Positions 20,482 through 30,193 of a stretch of DNA of 64,000 bases are shown here, in pieces. The position numbers and the translations under genes are program-made. The stretch is from the IMG/VR virus record IMGVR_UViG_3300024999_000046. The stretch is one strand, 5' to 3'. The notes under the pieces were generated by a model, which saw only the letters and a program-made list of their open reading frames with translations, ran no database searches and was not told the origin of the DNA. How positions within the stretch are numbered: the stretch's first letter is position 1; every line of letters begins with the position of its first letter. The DNA is from an uncultured virus (IMG/VR IMGVR_UViG_3300024999_000046). Lineage: Duplodnaviria; Heunggongvirae; Uroviricota; Caudoviricetes.

Positions 20482-21957
20482 TTAAATTACATTCCTTAAT
20501 GCAATAGTTAATTGTGAATTTCTTAATCTTTCAACTTCAATATCATGTAAAACCTTAAATTCATTAAATTTATCAAAACATTTATCTCTATCCACTTTAT
20601 CTGCTAGATTATTTACATTCATAATTAGAAAACTTGAATACATATCCCTTTGAATTTTAATGGCTTCTCCATCAATATTGAAAGTATTCCATCTTTCACT
20701 TAAATCCTTCTTAACATAAGTATCATTAATATGATTATATTGACTTGCCTTAACCGTATATGTGTTGATTTTCTTAATCTCTGTGCCAAAATATTTTAAC
20801 TTTCTATTGATAATTTCAATTAGCATAGCTGGAGCTTTATTCGCTAAGCTTTTACCAAATCGTTTCTTTTTATTGAATTTACCTGTTTTCTTACTAATAG
20901 TAGTTTTCTTTGCTCGTTTTTGCAATCCTGAATAATTCATTTTTTCTACATAAAACTTATCCCCTAGTTTTAAAATATGATTAGCTAATTTGTTATGAGA
21001 TTGTTTCCTTATGTCTGCTTGTTTTTGCTGTAAGCATTTTAATTCTGTTTGAAGTAAAACATAGTGATTAGATTTTACCCATTTATCTCGATTGCCTTTG
21101 ATAATAGTGCCATCTTCATTGAATTTATTAGGATTTGTTGCTCGTCTTGATCTATCCATTTTACGTTGTAATATCCGTTTTTGATCTTCAATATTTTTAA
21201 CTTCTGGTGCTAATTCTAATAATTTAACCTCTGTGTTAGAACAATAAGCAATAGTTTGAGTTCCAATATCAATTCCAACATCCCCTTGAGTGATATATAA
21301 ATTAACTTCTCCAGTTTCTTTATTTGCTTTCATGGGTGGGATACCTTCTAAAACTAATTGAACATAATAGTATTCTTTACCTTTAATATCTTTCTTAATA
21401 AATCTGCAATATTTTACTCTATCTTGAATTGCCTTTTGAGCATAAATGTCATTATTCTCAATAATAATTGGCATTTTAAGTTTGTTAAAAATTATAACTC
21501 CATCTCTATATTTAATTGCTTGTTTATTATCTGCACCTTCTATGGAGTACATTTCGCTATATCTTACAAAATTAACTTTTTTAGCATTTCCAAATCTCAA
21601 TTTATTTGCTGCCTCAAATGCTCTTTTAACTAATTTTGCCTTAATATGACTTCCTAGACTAGAATACTCATTAATCATAAGTTTGGTGGCGAATTTACTT
21701 ATGTCGTATTCTCTAAAACCATATTTAATTTCGACTTCAATAAATAGTTTCTGTTTTAGTTTTTTATCAGTTTCTTTTCTTGCTTGTTGATACAATTTAC
21801 TCTCGCGCATAAGATTGAATCTTCTCAAAGTTTCGCCAAGAATAGCATTATATAGTCTTCTTGATAATTCAAAATATTTATCTAATGCAGAATTATCTGA
21901 AGTCGTATATTTCATTTTGAGCGTTAAGACATAAGATGAAGTTTTAGCTTTTGCCAT
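20482..21957 (-). CDS. tnpB: TnpB family RNA-guided endonuclease
   Basis: RuvC motifs GIDIG, FYVEKM and QRDMY; YYVQLVLEG; QRKMDRSRRATNP; no tnpA nearby. Confidence 0.88.
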   Translation of the reverse strand: MAKAKTSSYVLTLKMKYTTSDNSALDKYFELSRRLYNAILGETLRRFNLMRESKLYQQARKETDKKLKQKLFIEVEIKYGFREYDISKFATKLMINEYSSLGSHIKAKLVKRAFEAANKLRFGNAKKVNFVRYSEMYSIEGADNKQAIKYRDGVIIFNKLKMPIIIENNDIYAQKAIQDRVKYCRFIKKDIKGKEYYYVQLVLEGIPPMKANKETGEVNLYITQGDVGIDIGTQTIAYCSNTEVKLLELAPEVKNIEDQKRILQRKMDRSRRATNPNKFNEDGTIIKGNRDKWVKSNHYVLLQTELKCLQQKQADIRKQSHNKLANHILKLGDKFYVEKMNYSGLQKRAKKTTISKKTGKFNKKKRFGKSLANKAPAMLIEIINRKLKYFGTEIKKINTYTVKASQYNHINDTYVKKDLSERWNTFNIDGEAIKIQRDMYSSFLIMNVNNLADKVDRDKCFDKFNEFKVLHDIEVERLRNSQLTIALRNVI

Positions 21958-22174
21958 AATAAATTCACTCCTTTCTATCCTCTTATACTATTATACCTCA
22001 TAGGATTGAATTTGTAAAGTGTAAAATAAATATATTTGACAACAATGTATCTTATATGATATTATGCTGATATAGAGATAGGGTTACTGATTATTGATTT
22101 ATTTCTCTCCTTATACATATGTTTATGATTTTTGATAGGCATATGATTCATGTGGTATAATAGAGTGATAAGGA

Positions 22175-22417
22175 GTGATTGAAATGAAAATTATTATAAA
22201 AAACAGAATTGAAGAAAAGGTAACTGAGTATCAAGAACGTACTGGTGCAAGCAAGGTGTGGATAGCAGATAAAATGAGTATCAGTCCACAAAATTTAAAT
22301 AAGACTTTTAAATCAGTAAATATGCCTATAGAAACACTTATCAAACTTAGTATTGTATTAGACTGTGATATATTTGATCTTTTTGAATATGAAGTAATAA
22401 ATAATGTTAAATTATAG
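22175..22417 (+). CDS. XRE/Cro-like HTH regulator
   Basis: WIADKMSISPQNL..IETLIKLSIVLDCDIFDLFEY. Confidence 0.8.
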   Translation: MIEMKIIIKNRIEEKVTEYQERTGASKVWIADKMSISPQNLNKTFKSVNMPIETLIKLSIVLDCDIFDLFEYEVINNVKL

Positions 22418-22459
22418 TTTGTGTTTATAAATTAATTTTCTATATTTATAAACTTTTAG

Positions 22460-22488
22460 TTGACATTATTAAACTAAACCCCTATACT
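22460..22488 (+). promoter_or_regulatory. sigma-A promoter
   Basis: TTGACA-17-TATACT. Confidence 0.8.
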
Positions 22489-22546
22489 ATAAATGTAAGG
22501 CATAATAAAACACGGCCTTAACAAAATTAGTGGAGGGGATTTTATT

Positions 22547-23020
22547 ATGAGAGAGATCAAAATTCAAGAGATGTTCCAAGTATTAGATGGTTATTCAGGA
22601 AAGAAAGTTGAGGTAGGTACTAATCCTATTTGGTCAGTGAATACATATCAGTCTTTTAGATATGCTGATAAAGATAGTGTATTAGTATTTAGTGATGGAG
22701 ATTATAGTGGTCGTCAAGAGATATTAATCGATAAAGACCAAATTACCGAGATTATGCTAACTGAAGGAAAAGACATCTATGGTTCTGTTGTGAGCATTGA
22801 ATTGATTAATGGGAAAATTGATTTATGTATTAGTGAAAATCCTACTAAATGCCGTTTATGCCATAATATTATTGACTTGCCATATGAAACAAAATGGTCG
22901 ATTCAAGGAAGAGGAAACTATGGTTCAAAGTTCGAAGATGAAAAACTAGATATTCCAATTTGTGACTCATGCTTATATTACAATATTTTAGGATATAAGG
23001 ATGGGCAATTTGATGAGTAA
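22547..23020 (+). CDS. hypothetical protein with C-terminal Zn-binding CxxC pairs
   Basis: CRLC..CDSC; good RBS. Confidence 0.6.
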   Translation: MREIKIQEMFQVLDGYSGKKVEVGTNPIWSVNTYQSFRYADKDSVLVFSDGDYSGRQEILIDKDQITEIMLTEGKDIYGSVVSIELINGKIDLCISENPTKCRLCHNIIDLPYETKWSIQGRGNYGSKFEDEKLDIPICDSCLYYNILGYKDGQFDE

Positions 23021-23771
23021 TTTAATATTATTTAGAAAAGAGAATTTCAATGGTGTTGAGTGTGATTTATGGAAAGATGAGAATGGTGAAGTTTGGATGA
23101 CAAGAGAGCAAATTGGAAAATCTCTTGAATATGGTAATCCAAGAGAATCAATCAAAACTATTCATAATAGGAACAAAGAAAGGTTGGATAAGTTTTCAAG
23201 GAAGGTTCAGATTGATACCCCCTTGGGAGGAAAGCAAGAATCGTATCTGTATAGTGCAAAAGGGGTTTATGAGGTTTGCAGATTCAGCAAACAACCAAAA
23301 GCCAATGATTTTTATGATTGGGTATATGATTTATTAGAGGGAATAAGGTTAGGCAATATTGAACTAAAATTCACCATTCCCAAAACATTATCTGAAGCTT
23401 TACAATTAGCATCTGATTTATCTAAACAATTAGAGGATCAGAAACCAAAAGTACAAATGTATGACGATTTTATGAATTCTGATTCATTAATGAATTTTAA
23501 ACAAGTTGCTGATACATTAGGATACGGTAGAAATTCCTTAATGAAAATATTGAGGGAGGAAAAAATTCTTTCAGATGGAAGTTTTAATAAGAATCATCCG
23601 TATTCTCAATATATTAAAGCCAACTTGTTCACAGTTAAGATTACTCCTATGAGAACAAGCAATGGATTGGAGAATGTTTGCACCACGCTTTGTACGGCAA
23701 AAGCATTGAAATTTATTAGAAAGATTTTAGACAAAAAGAAAAGCTCGCTGTTAGAGCAGCAAGCAGGATAG
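23001..23771 (+). CDS. phage antirepressor (BRO-N + KilA-C/ANT)
   Basis: MTREQIG.SLEY, KANDFYDWV, IPKTLSEALQLA, KPKV..YD motifs; likely start 23013. Confidence 0.85.
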   Translation: MGNLMSNLILFRKENFNGVECDLWKDENGEVWMTREQIGKSLEYGNPRESIKTIHNRNKERLDKFSRKVQIDTPLGGKQESYLYSAKGVYEVCRFSKQPKANDFYDWVYDLLEGIRLGNIELKFTIPKTLSEALQLASDLSKQLEDQKPKVQMYDDFMNSDSLMNFKQVADTLGYGRNSLMKILREEKILSDGSFNKNHPYSQYIKANLFTVKITPMRTSNGLENVCTTLCTAKALKFIRKILDKKKSSLLEQQAG

Positions 23772-24029
23772 GGAATTCATGCATTAGAATTATACCACAA
23801 TTAAAGGAAAGAATCAATTATAAGGTTCTTTCCTTTATTCTATAAAATTTCCAAAAACACTTTTCATTACATTGCCTTTTATGGTAAGATATGTGTATGG
23901 AAGAAGGCGATTATCATGAGAGTAAAAGCACGAGTAAGAGTAAAAAAAGTAAGACATAATTCTCATAAACCAATAGTAAAAACTGGGGAATGTAAAGTAA
24001 AACCAAAATTGTGGAGAGGAGGAGTAAAG

Positions 24030-24167
24030 ATGAATGTAGTTGTAGAAAGTCCTATAAAAATAGGAACTATGGCAAAAATGAGACAGATGGCACAAGAAGC
24101 AATGAAAGCAAAAGGTATGAATGAGAAGGATGTCAGAAAGATATTGGGTATTAAGAAATATGAGTAA
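24030..24167 (+). CDS. small putative antitoxin
   Basis: RBS ggagga, 45 aa, overlaps PIN gene start. Confidence 0.5.
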   Translation: MNVVVESPIKIGTMAKMRQMAQEAMKAKGMNEKDVRKILGIKKYE

Positions 24168-24606
24168 AATTAAAGTAGTTGCAGATACTAATATTTTTAT
24201 CAATTCATGGTTTTCTAGCAATCATTTTTATTGTGACGCAGTAATTGATCTAATAGACAACAAAAAAATTGAATTGGTTTTCTCGCAGGATACCATTGGA
24301 GAATTGTTTTATGTAGTAAAGAATTTTGTTTATCATGCTTTTAATGATAAACAAATCCAATTTGAATATATGCATATGTTATCTGAAATATTTTTTGAGT
24401 CAAGTTCGGTTAATACATCTAAAACTGAATGTCCAAAGATTAAAGATAGTTCAGATGAAATGTTTTTAAAAACAGCGATTGAAAGCAATGCTGATTATAT
24501 TGTTAGCGATGATAAGGAAAGTGGTATGCATATTGTTAAATTAGACAGTATAAAAATTGTCAATTCTAAACAATTTGTTTCAATGTATGAAAGATTATGT
24601 GTTTGA
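24160..24606 (+). CDS. PIN-domain toxin (VapC-like)
   Basis: KVVADTNIFI..EL..DSSDEMFLKTA..ADYIVSDD. Confidence 0.85.
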   Translation: MSKIKVVADTNIFINSWFSSNHFYCDAVIDLIDNKKIELVFSQDTIGELFYVVKNFVYHAFNDKQIQFEYMHMLSEIFFESSSVNTSKTECPKIKDSSDEMFLKTAIESNADYIVSDDKESGMHIVKLDSIKIVNSKQFVSMYERLCV

Positions 24607-24704
24607 GTCATTTAGTTAGAAATTTAATATTTAGTTATAAAAAAGAATCCACTTAAAATTAGTGGATTCTTTCTAATTATAAAAATGAAAGGAGGTGAAA
24701 CATA

Positions 24705-24833
24705 ATGATAGAAAACAAAAAAGAAACTGCTCTTGAAGAACAGTCAAGAATTGATATCAATAAATATTCTTGGAATAAGGCAGAACAGTGTGTAATCAAC
24801 ATAAATAAATGCTCTTGGAATCAAACAAATTAA
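24705..24833 (+). CDS. 42-aa peptide with internal INKxSWN repeat
   Basis: Strong RBS aaggaggtg; below the ORF-track cutoff. Confidence 0.4.
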   Translation: MIENKKETALEEQSRIDINKYSWNKAEQCVININKCSWNQTN

Positions 24834-25036
24834 TTTTCTCTAAATAGCATTACATAATTACATTTGTCGCAAATAATAGGAAACAATCCTAATACTTTTG
24901 TAGCATTAGGAATGAATTTTCCATCTTGATTTTTGATTGCTGAAGTTAAGATAGCATAAGGAGTTCCATCTCCTGCTAAAGCTCCAAATGTATTGTTTCC
25001 ACAGTTAGGACAATGGTTTGTTTTAGGTAGATTCAT
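24830..25036 (-). CDS. small Zn-ribbon protein
   Basis: CPNC..CDKCNYVMLF; RBS aaggag. Confidence 0.65.
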   Translation of the reverse strand: MNLPKTNHCPNCGNNTFGALAGDGTPYAILTSAIKNQDGKFIPNATKVLGLFPIICDKCNYVMLFREN

Positions 25037-25211
25037 AATATTTTCTCCTTTCTTTAGTTTGTATAAGTGGTTATGAAATTCATTTATATCTTATCATAAA
25101 TTAAATAAATTTAGGGAGATTCGACAATATTTGTCAAATTAATAATAATTAAAGATTAGAGAGATAATTTATTTTATCTCTCTTTTTATAATGTAAAAAG
25201 GAGGTAAATTA

Positions 25212-25667
25212 ATGGCTTTTGAATTTAATGATCCACTTTTATACGAGCTTAGAGCCGGAACACAGGAAGACCCATATATTGACAAAATCGACTCAAGATT
25301 GATTGTAAATAATAATATTGTATTAGATGAATTGCCAGATAGTTTTAATGGTGTGATTATTAATGGATATACAGAAGTAAGAAAAATAATTGATTTAACT
25401 GCAACAAATTTCTTTGTAAATTATTTGAATGGAATAATAACTTTTACTTCTTCGGAAAATAGCAAAACTGTTGTTGCAAATTATAAAGGTCGTGGAGTAA
25501 TCCAAATGCCAAGTTCAAGATCATATTATACTAATGGAGTTGGTGATGTAGTAGGAACCATTCAGAGTTTAATAGACACATCTGCAAAATCAATTACTTT
25601 TCATACCACAACTCCATTATCTTCAGATGGTGAAGATGGAGATATTTGGTTTGTTTATAATGCATAA
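25212..25667 (+). CDS. tail fibre/baseplate-associated structural protein
   Basis: FFVNYLNGIITF..YKGRG and DGEDGDIWF motifs. Confidence 0.55.
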   Translation: MAFEFNDPLLYELRAGTQEDPYIDKIDSRLIVNNNIVLDELPDSFNGVIINGYTEVRKIIDLTATNFFVNYLNGIITFTSSENSKTVVANYKGRGVIQMPSSRSYYTNGVGDVVGTIQSLIDTSAKSITFHTTTPLSSDGEDGDIWFVYNA

Positions 25668-25700
25668 ATAATTATACTAAATGAAAGGAGGAAAAATTTT

Positions 25701-25838
25701 ATGAATAATGAAAACACAGGAATTAAAATGAAAGCAATTGTAAAATTAGAGAGATATGAAGATGGAGTTTCTGAAGAAGATATTAAAAATGGTTTAGTAC
25801 AGCCTATCGAAGTTATCGAATATGAAGAAGAAGTTTAA
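25701..25838 (+). CDS. 45-aa hypothetical protein
   Basis: RBS aaggagg; MNNENTGIKMKAIVKLERYE.. Confidence 0.55.
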   Translation: MNNENTGIKMKAIVKLERYEDGVSEEDIKNGLVQPIEVIEYEEEV

Positions 25839-25902
25839 TAATTTTTAGTAAAAAAGTTTTAATAATAAATAAAAAATAAATAATAGAAAGAGGTAATATA
25901 AA

Positions 25903-26283
25903 ATGGCTTTAACAAATTCTGGAAGAGATTTTATTGCATCCGCAATCGTAAACGCTGATACTCCTACTTTTTTTACAAATACAACTTCCTATCTTTGCGT
26001 AGGAGATTCCGCTACTGCTTTTGCAGTAACACAAACTGATTTACAAGCAGCAACAAATAAACTTAGAAAAGGAATGGACTCAACTTATCCTACTAGAACA
26101 GCAAATGCTTTGGTATTTAAAGCAACTTTTGCTACAGGTGAAGCTAATTTTGCATGGAATGAATGGGGAATATTTAATGCAGCAAGTGGTGGAGTAATGT
26201 TGAATAGAGTAGTTTCTGGGCTTGGGGTGAAATCGTCAGGAACTTGGTCATTAACAGTAACTTTAACAGTTGTAACATCTTAA
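25903..26283 (+). CDS. phage tail-fibre-associated structural protein
   Basis: LTNSGRDFIA..ATFATGEANFAWNEWGIFNAASGG.MLNR. Confidence 0.65.
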   Translation: MALTNSGRDFIASAIVNADTPTFFTNTTSYLCVGDSATAFAVTQTDLQAATNKLRKGMDSTYPTRTANALVFKATFATGEANFAWNEWGIFNAASGGVMLNRVVSGLGVKSSGTWSLTVTLTVVTS

Positions 26284-26388
26284 ATATTAATCACTAATAA
26301 TACATATCTATGTGCGATAGTTAAACTTAAATTTCTATTACACATAGATTAACAACTTTAACTTTTAAATAAGAAAGGAGGTTTTAAT

Positions 26389-27774
26389 TTGTTTAATAAT
26401 GGTTCATTCAATAATATGAAATTTAACATATCTCCTGATAAAATATTAACAAATTCTGATAATTGTAATTTATCAATTAACGAAGATTCGGTAGTATCTT
26501 TTTCGTCTAGCGATACGTTAAATATTAATATTGATGGAAATTCAAGTTTTAATGTTGATCCTGTCAATTTTAACAATGGTTCATTTAATAATGGTTCATT
26601 CAATAATATGAAATTTAACATATCTCCTGATAAAATATTAACAAATTCTGATAATTGTAATTTATCAATTAACGAAGATTCGGTAGTATCTTTTTCGTCT
26701 AGCGATACGTTAAATATTAATATTGATGGAAATTCAAGTTTTAATGTTGATCCTGTCAATTTTAACAATGGTTCATTTAATAATAGTGGATTCAATAATA
26801 TGCCATTCAACATATCTCCTAATAATACAATATCTGATTATGATGATTGTAATCTATCAATTGATGAAGATTTAGAAATTAATATTGAGCAAAGTGATAT
26901 ATTAAACATCAATATTGATGATAGTGACCAGTTAATAACAAAAGTAATTGAATCTAATGATAATTTCATTTGCATTATTAACGAGGACGCAACTTTATTA
27001 GTAAGTGCTTCAGGTATAGACCCACCCATTATTACTCTGATTGAAACATCGGAATTACAAGTTAATATTGTTTCTAGCGATTCTTTAAATGTTAATTTAA
27101 GTGAATTTTCTAGTATTGAAGCAATTTTATTAAGTAATGATGCTTTAAATATAAATGAAACTTCTACTACTTATACAAATTTATTTGTTAATGATGATTT
27201 GAATCTCAATTTGTTAGAGTCTTCAAGTATTAATGCAGAATTAATTAGCAATGATAGTTTAAACATTGTACTAAATGAATTATCTAATATTAATGCTAAT
27301 TTAGAAAATGTCGATTCATTAAGTATTGGTTTATTCGAAAGTTCAGTAATTAATATTGATCAAAATGATTCATTAAACATTATTGTAACTGAATCTTCTA
27401 GTGTTAATGCTAATTTAAATAGCAATGATAATTTAAATGCTCTTTTAAATGAATTATCTAATATCAATGCTAATTTAACAAACAGTGATTTATTAAATTT
27501 AGGGCTAAGTGAACAAAACTCTTTAGTAGCAAGTGTTTTATCTAATGATAATTTAATGGTAAATCTAACAAAAAATGAATCTATAGAACTAAATGAAAAT
27601 GATATTTTGCCGATTAGTTTTATAGAAAATTCATCAATTGGTACTTCTATTAATTATAAACTAAACGGTAATTGGGTAAATATCTCAAATATTTATGTAA
27701 AAGTAAATGGCGAATGGAAAAGTATTACGAGTGTTAAGAAAAAAATAAACAATGAATGGAAAAGTTCAATTTAA
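26389..27774 (+). CDS. Asn/Ser-rich repetitive structural protein
   Basis: ~20-aa D.LN..L.E.S.I repeats; C-terminal YVKVNGEWK. Confidence 0.6.
   Translation: MFNNGSFNNMKFNISPDKILTNSDNCNLSINEDSVVSFSSSDTLNINIDGNSSFNVDPVNFNNGSFNNGSFNNMKFNISPDKILTNSDNCNLSINEDSVVSFSSSDTLNINIDGNSSFNVDPVNFNNGSFNNSGFNNMPFNISPNNTISDYDDCNLSIDEDLEINIEQSDILNINIDDSDQLITKVIESNDNFICIINEDATLLVSASGIDPPIITLIETSELQVNIVSSDSLNVNLSEFSSIEAILLSNDALNINETSTTYTNLFVNDDLNLNLLESSSINAELISNDSLNIVLNELSNINANLENVDSLSIGLFESSVINIDQNDSLNIIVTESSSVNANLNSNDNLNALLNELSNINANLTNSDLLNLGLSEQNSLVASVLSNDNLMVNLTKNESIELNENDILPISFIENSSIGTSINYKLNGNWVNISNIYVKVNGEWKSITSVKKKINNEWKSSI
26392..26775 (+). repeat. perfect 192-bp tandem duplication
   Basis: 26392-26583 is identical to 26584-26775 (64 codons). 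Confidence 0.9.
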
Positions 27775-27794
27775 GGATATAAGGATGTGATTAA

Positions 27795-30065
27795 ATGTCT
27801 CAAATTCAAATGTTCTCTGGAAAAATAAATTCACCCGTAACTACTTTATCTATTGGTATAGATAGTAGTGTAACAACTATTTCAGTAACAGATGCTAGTA
27901 AATTATCATTGGCACCTAACCTTTGTACAATTTCAGGTGGAGAAAATGCAGAAACAATTAAATATACAGGTATAAGTGGAAATGATTTAACTGGGTGTAT
28001 AAGAGGATTTCAAGGCACAGCACAGTCATGGAATATGGGAGTTTCTGTAATGAGGGCATTTACTGCCTATGACCATGATACGTTTAAAAATAATATAGAA
28101 GATCATGCCGATCAAATTAATGAACATTTATCAGAAACTATGTCATACGAAGGTAATAAATTCACAATAAACAACCCCTATTCTTTTGGTGGTTCTTTAT
28201 CTCTAAAAGGTCAGTTACATTGTCATACTGCTAATAGTGACGGGGCAAATACTCCTATTGAATTAGTAACAGCTTATAAAAATGCGGGATTTGATTTTAT
28301 TACTATTACAGATCATGATGTAATTACTGCTGATCCATCAGTTAGCGGAATAACATGGATTGGTACAAGTTGTGAAGAAACAATTTATAGACATATTGTT
28401 GCTTATGATATTGATGTTCAGAGTACAAGCTTGAATGTTCAAGATGTTATGACATTTCATAGGAATAATAATAAAATGACATCAATTGCTCATCCGACTT
28501 GGGCGAATCAATATATTGTGGGAAGCAATGAAATAAAGTCATATTTTGATTTTAATTTTATTGAGGTATATAACGCATTGGTTACAGGAAACGGAGAGGC
28601 ACAATGGGATATAGCTTTAAGTTTTGGGAAAAAAGTATTTGTTACGGCTGTAGATGATTGCCACAACATAATTACTGATTTAGGCAAAGCTTGGGTAGTT
28701 GTTAAAACTAATGCAAATACAAAATCAGATATATTAGATTCGATTCGTAAAGGTAATTTTTATGCATCAACCGGAAACGATATTTCAATTTCCCAAACAG
28801 GAAACGTTATTACTGCATTAAGTATTTCGAGTAGTAATATTTATTTTATAGGTCGCGATGGAAGAGTTTTACAATCTACGGTAGGCGTTACATCTGCGTC
28901 TTATACTATTAAAGGCGATGAAGTTTATGTCAGGGTAAAATCGACAAAGGTATCCGATTCAACAATTGCGTGGTCTCAACCCATTTTTATTGATATAATT
29001 GGAGATAATGCAAAGGTATTAACAGATATTAATAATACAAAAAGTGTTAGCGGAGTAACTAAACAAGCTATCGTAAACGGCAATTTTGATATTTGGCAAT
29101 CAGGAAGTGTATGGACTAATCCAATCTCATCATCTTCGTACCATAATTGTTTAGCTGATAGATGGGGTATTGAGTATCCTACATTTATAGGGACTCCACC
29201 GACCACAATTACCCATTCAACAGAAGCTTGTTACGGGACTGTTCCAGAGTCAATGTTAAACTACAGAATAACAACTAATGGTGCAGGAAGTGGATATGGG
29301 GTAAACGATTTCTATCTACTTTCTCAATTAATTGAACATGGAACTAGAAACTTGTGTGGAAATAATAAAAAAGTAACAATTTCATTTTGGGCAAGAAGTT
29401 CTATAGCAAATAAAAAATTAGGAGTATATATAGCACAAAGATATGGGACTGGTGGAACCCCGACCGCACAGGAGAATATTATTGGTAACTATTTTACATT
29501 AACATCCGACTTTAGGGAATATACACTTACTATTGACACCAATACCATAGCAACAAAATCATTTGGCACAGATTTTAATGATGAACTTAAATTGTTATTT
29601 GTTTATATGTATGGTTCAACCTTTGCCAGTAGAGTAAATGATACCGTTACAGAAACATTCGGAGGAAGTGGATACACAGATATTGCACATATCCAAGTTG
29701 GGAATGTATTAAGTCCATTTTACCCAAATTCATATTTAAATGAGTTAATTCAGTGCCAAAGGTATAAATACCAAGCAGAAATAGGTAGTTACTTTTTGTC
29801 AGTTGGTTATACAGATTCTATTCTTTATTTTTGGATACCATTGCCTGTTCCCTTAAAAAAGGTGGCAACAATTTTATTCGGAGTAGAAGGGACAGACTGG
29901 CAATTATCAACCCCTGCTATGGTTGGACAAACAGGATTTGTATTGGCTATTGTTAGCGGAAATGCCAAGGGGATTTTAATAAGTGCGACAAAAACATCTC
30001 ATGGGTTAACTTCTGCCTCTTTAAAAATTATAACAAGTAACAATTATATTGTTGCAAATTTTTAA
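27795..30065 (+). CDS. tail fibre/receptor-binding protein with PHP metallohydrolase domain
   Basis: Fibre-type N-terminus (LTGCIRGFQGTAQSW); PHP motifs LHCHT..SDG, ITDH, AHP, DDCH; CBM-like IVNGNFDIWQ. Confidence 0.75.
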   Translation: MSQIQMFSGKINSPVTTLSIGIDSSVTTISVTDASKLSLAPNLCTISGGENAETIKYTGISGNDLTGCIRGFQGTAQSWNMGVSVMRAFTAYDHDTFKNNIEDHADQINEHLSETMSYEGNKFTINNPYSFGGSLSLKGQLHCHTANSDGANTPIELVTAYKNAGFDFITITDHDVITADPSVSGITWIGTSCEETIYRHIVAYDIDVQSTSLNVQDVMTFHRNNNKMTSIAHPTWANQYIVGSNEIKSYFDFNFIEVYNALVTGNGEAQWDIALSFGKKVFVTAVDDCHNIITDLGKAWVVVKTNANTKSDILDSIRKGNFYASTGNDISISQTGNVITALSISSSNIYFIGRDGRVLQSTVGVTSASYTIKGDEVYVRVKSTKVSDSTIAWSQPIFIDIIGDNAKVLTDINNTKSVSGVTKQAIVNGNFDIWQSGSVWTNPISSSSYHNCLADRWGIEYPTFIGTPPTTITHSTEACYGTVPESMLNYRITTNGAGSGYGVNDFYLLSQLIEHGTRNLCGNNKKVTISFWARSSIANKKLGVYIAQRYGTGGTPTAQENIIGNYFTLTSDFREYTLTIDTNTIATKSFGTDFNDELKLLFVYMYGSTFASRVNDTVTETFGGSGYTDIAHIQVGNVLSPFYPNSYLNELIQCQRYKYQAEIGSYFLSVGYTDSILYFWIPLPVPLKKVATILFGVEGTDWQLSTPAMVGQTGFVLAIVSGNAKGILISATKTSHGLTSASLKIITSNNYIVANF

Positions 30066-30193
30066 AGTGTTAATTTTATCCAAATGAACTTGTAAATTTA
30101 ATGAATAATAAAATTTAAAAAACAGAAATAAATAAGAGTATGAGAGAGAAGATTGAATTTCTTCTCTCTTTTTTGTATTGGAGGTGAATTAAA

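Noticed and set aside
10042..30065. Diversity-generating retroelement or invertible tail-fibre system
   Set aside because: No reverse transcriptase or invertase. The only long repeat is an exact tandem duplication with no adenine-specific differences.
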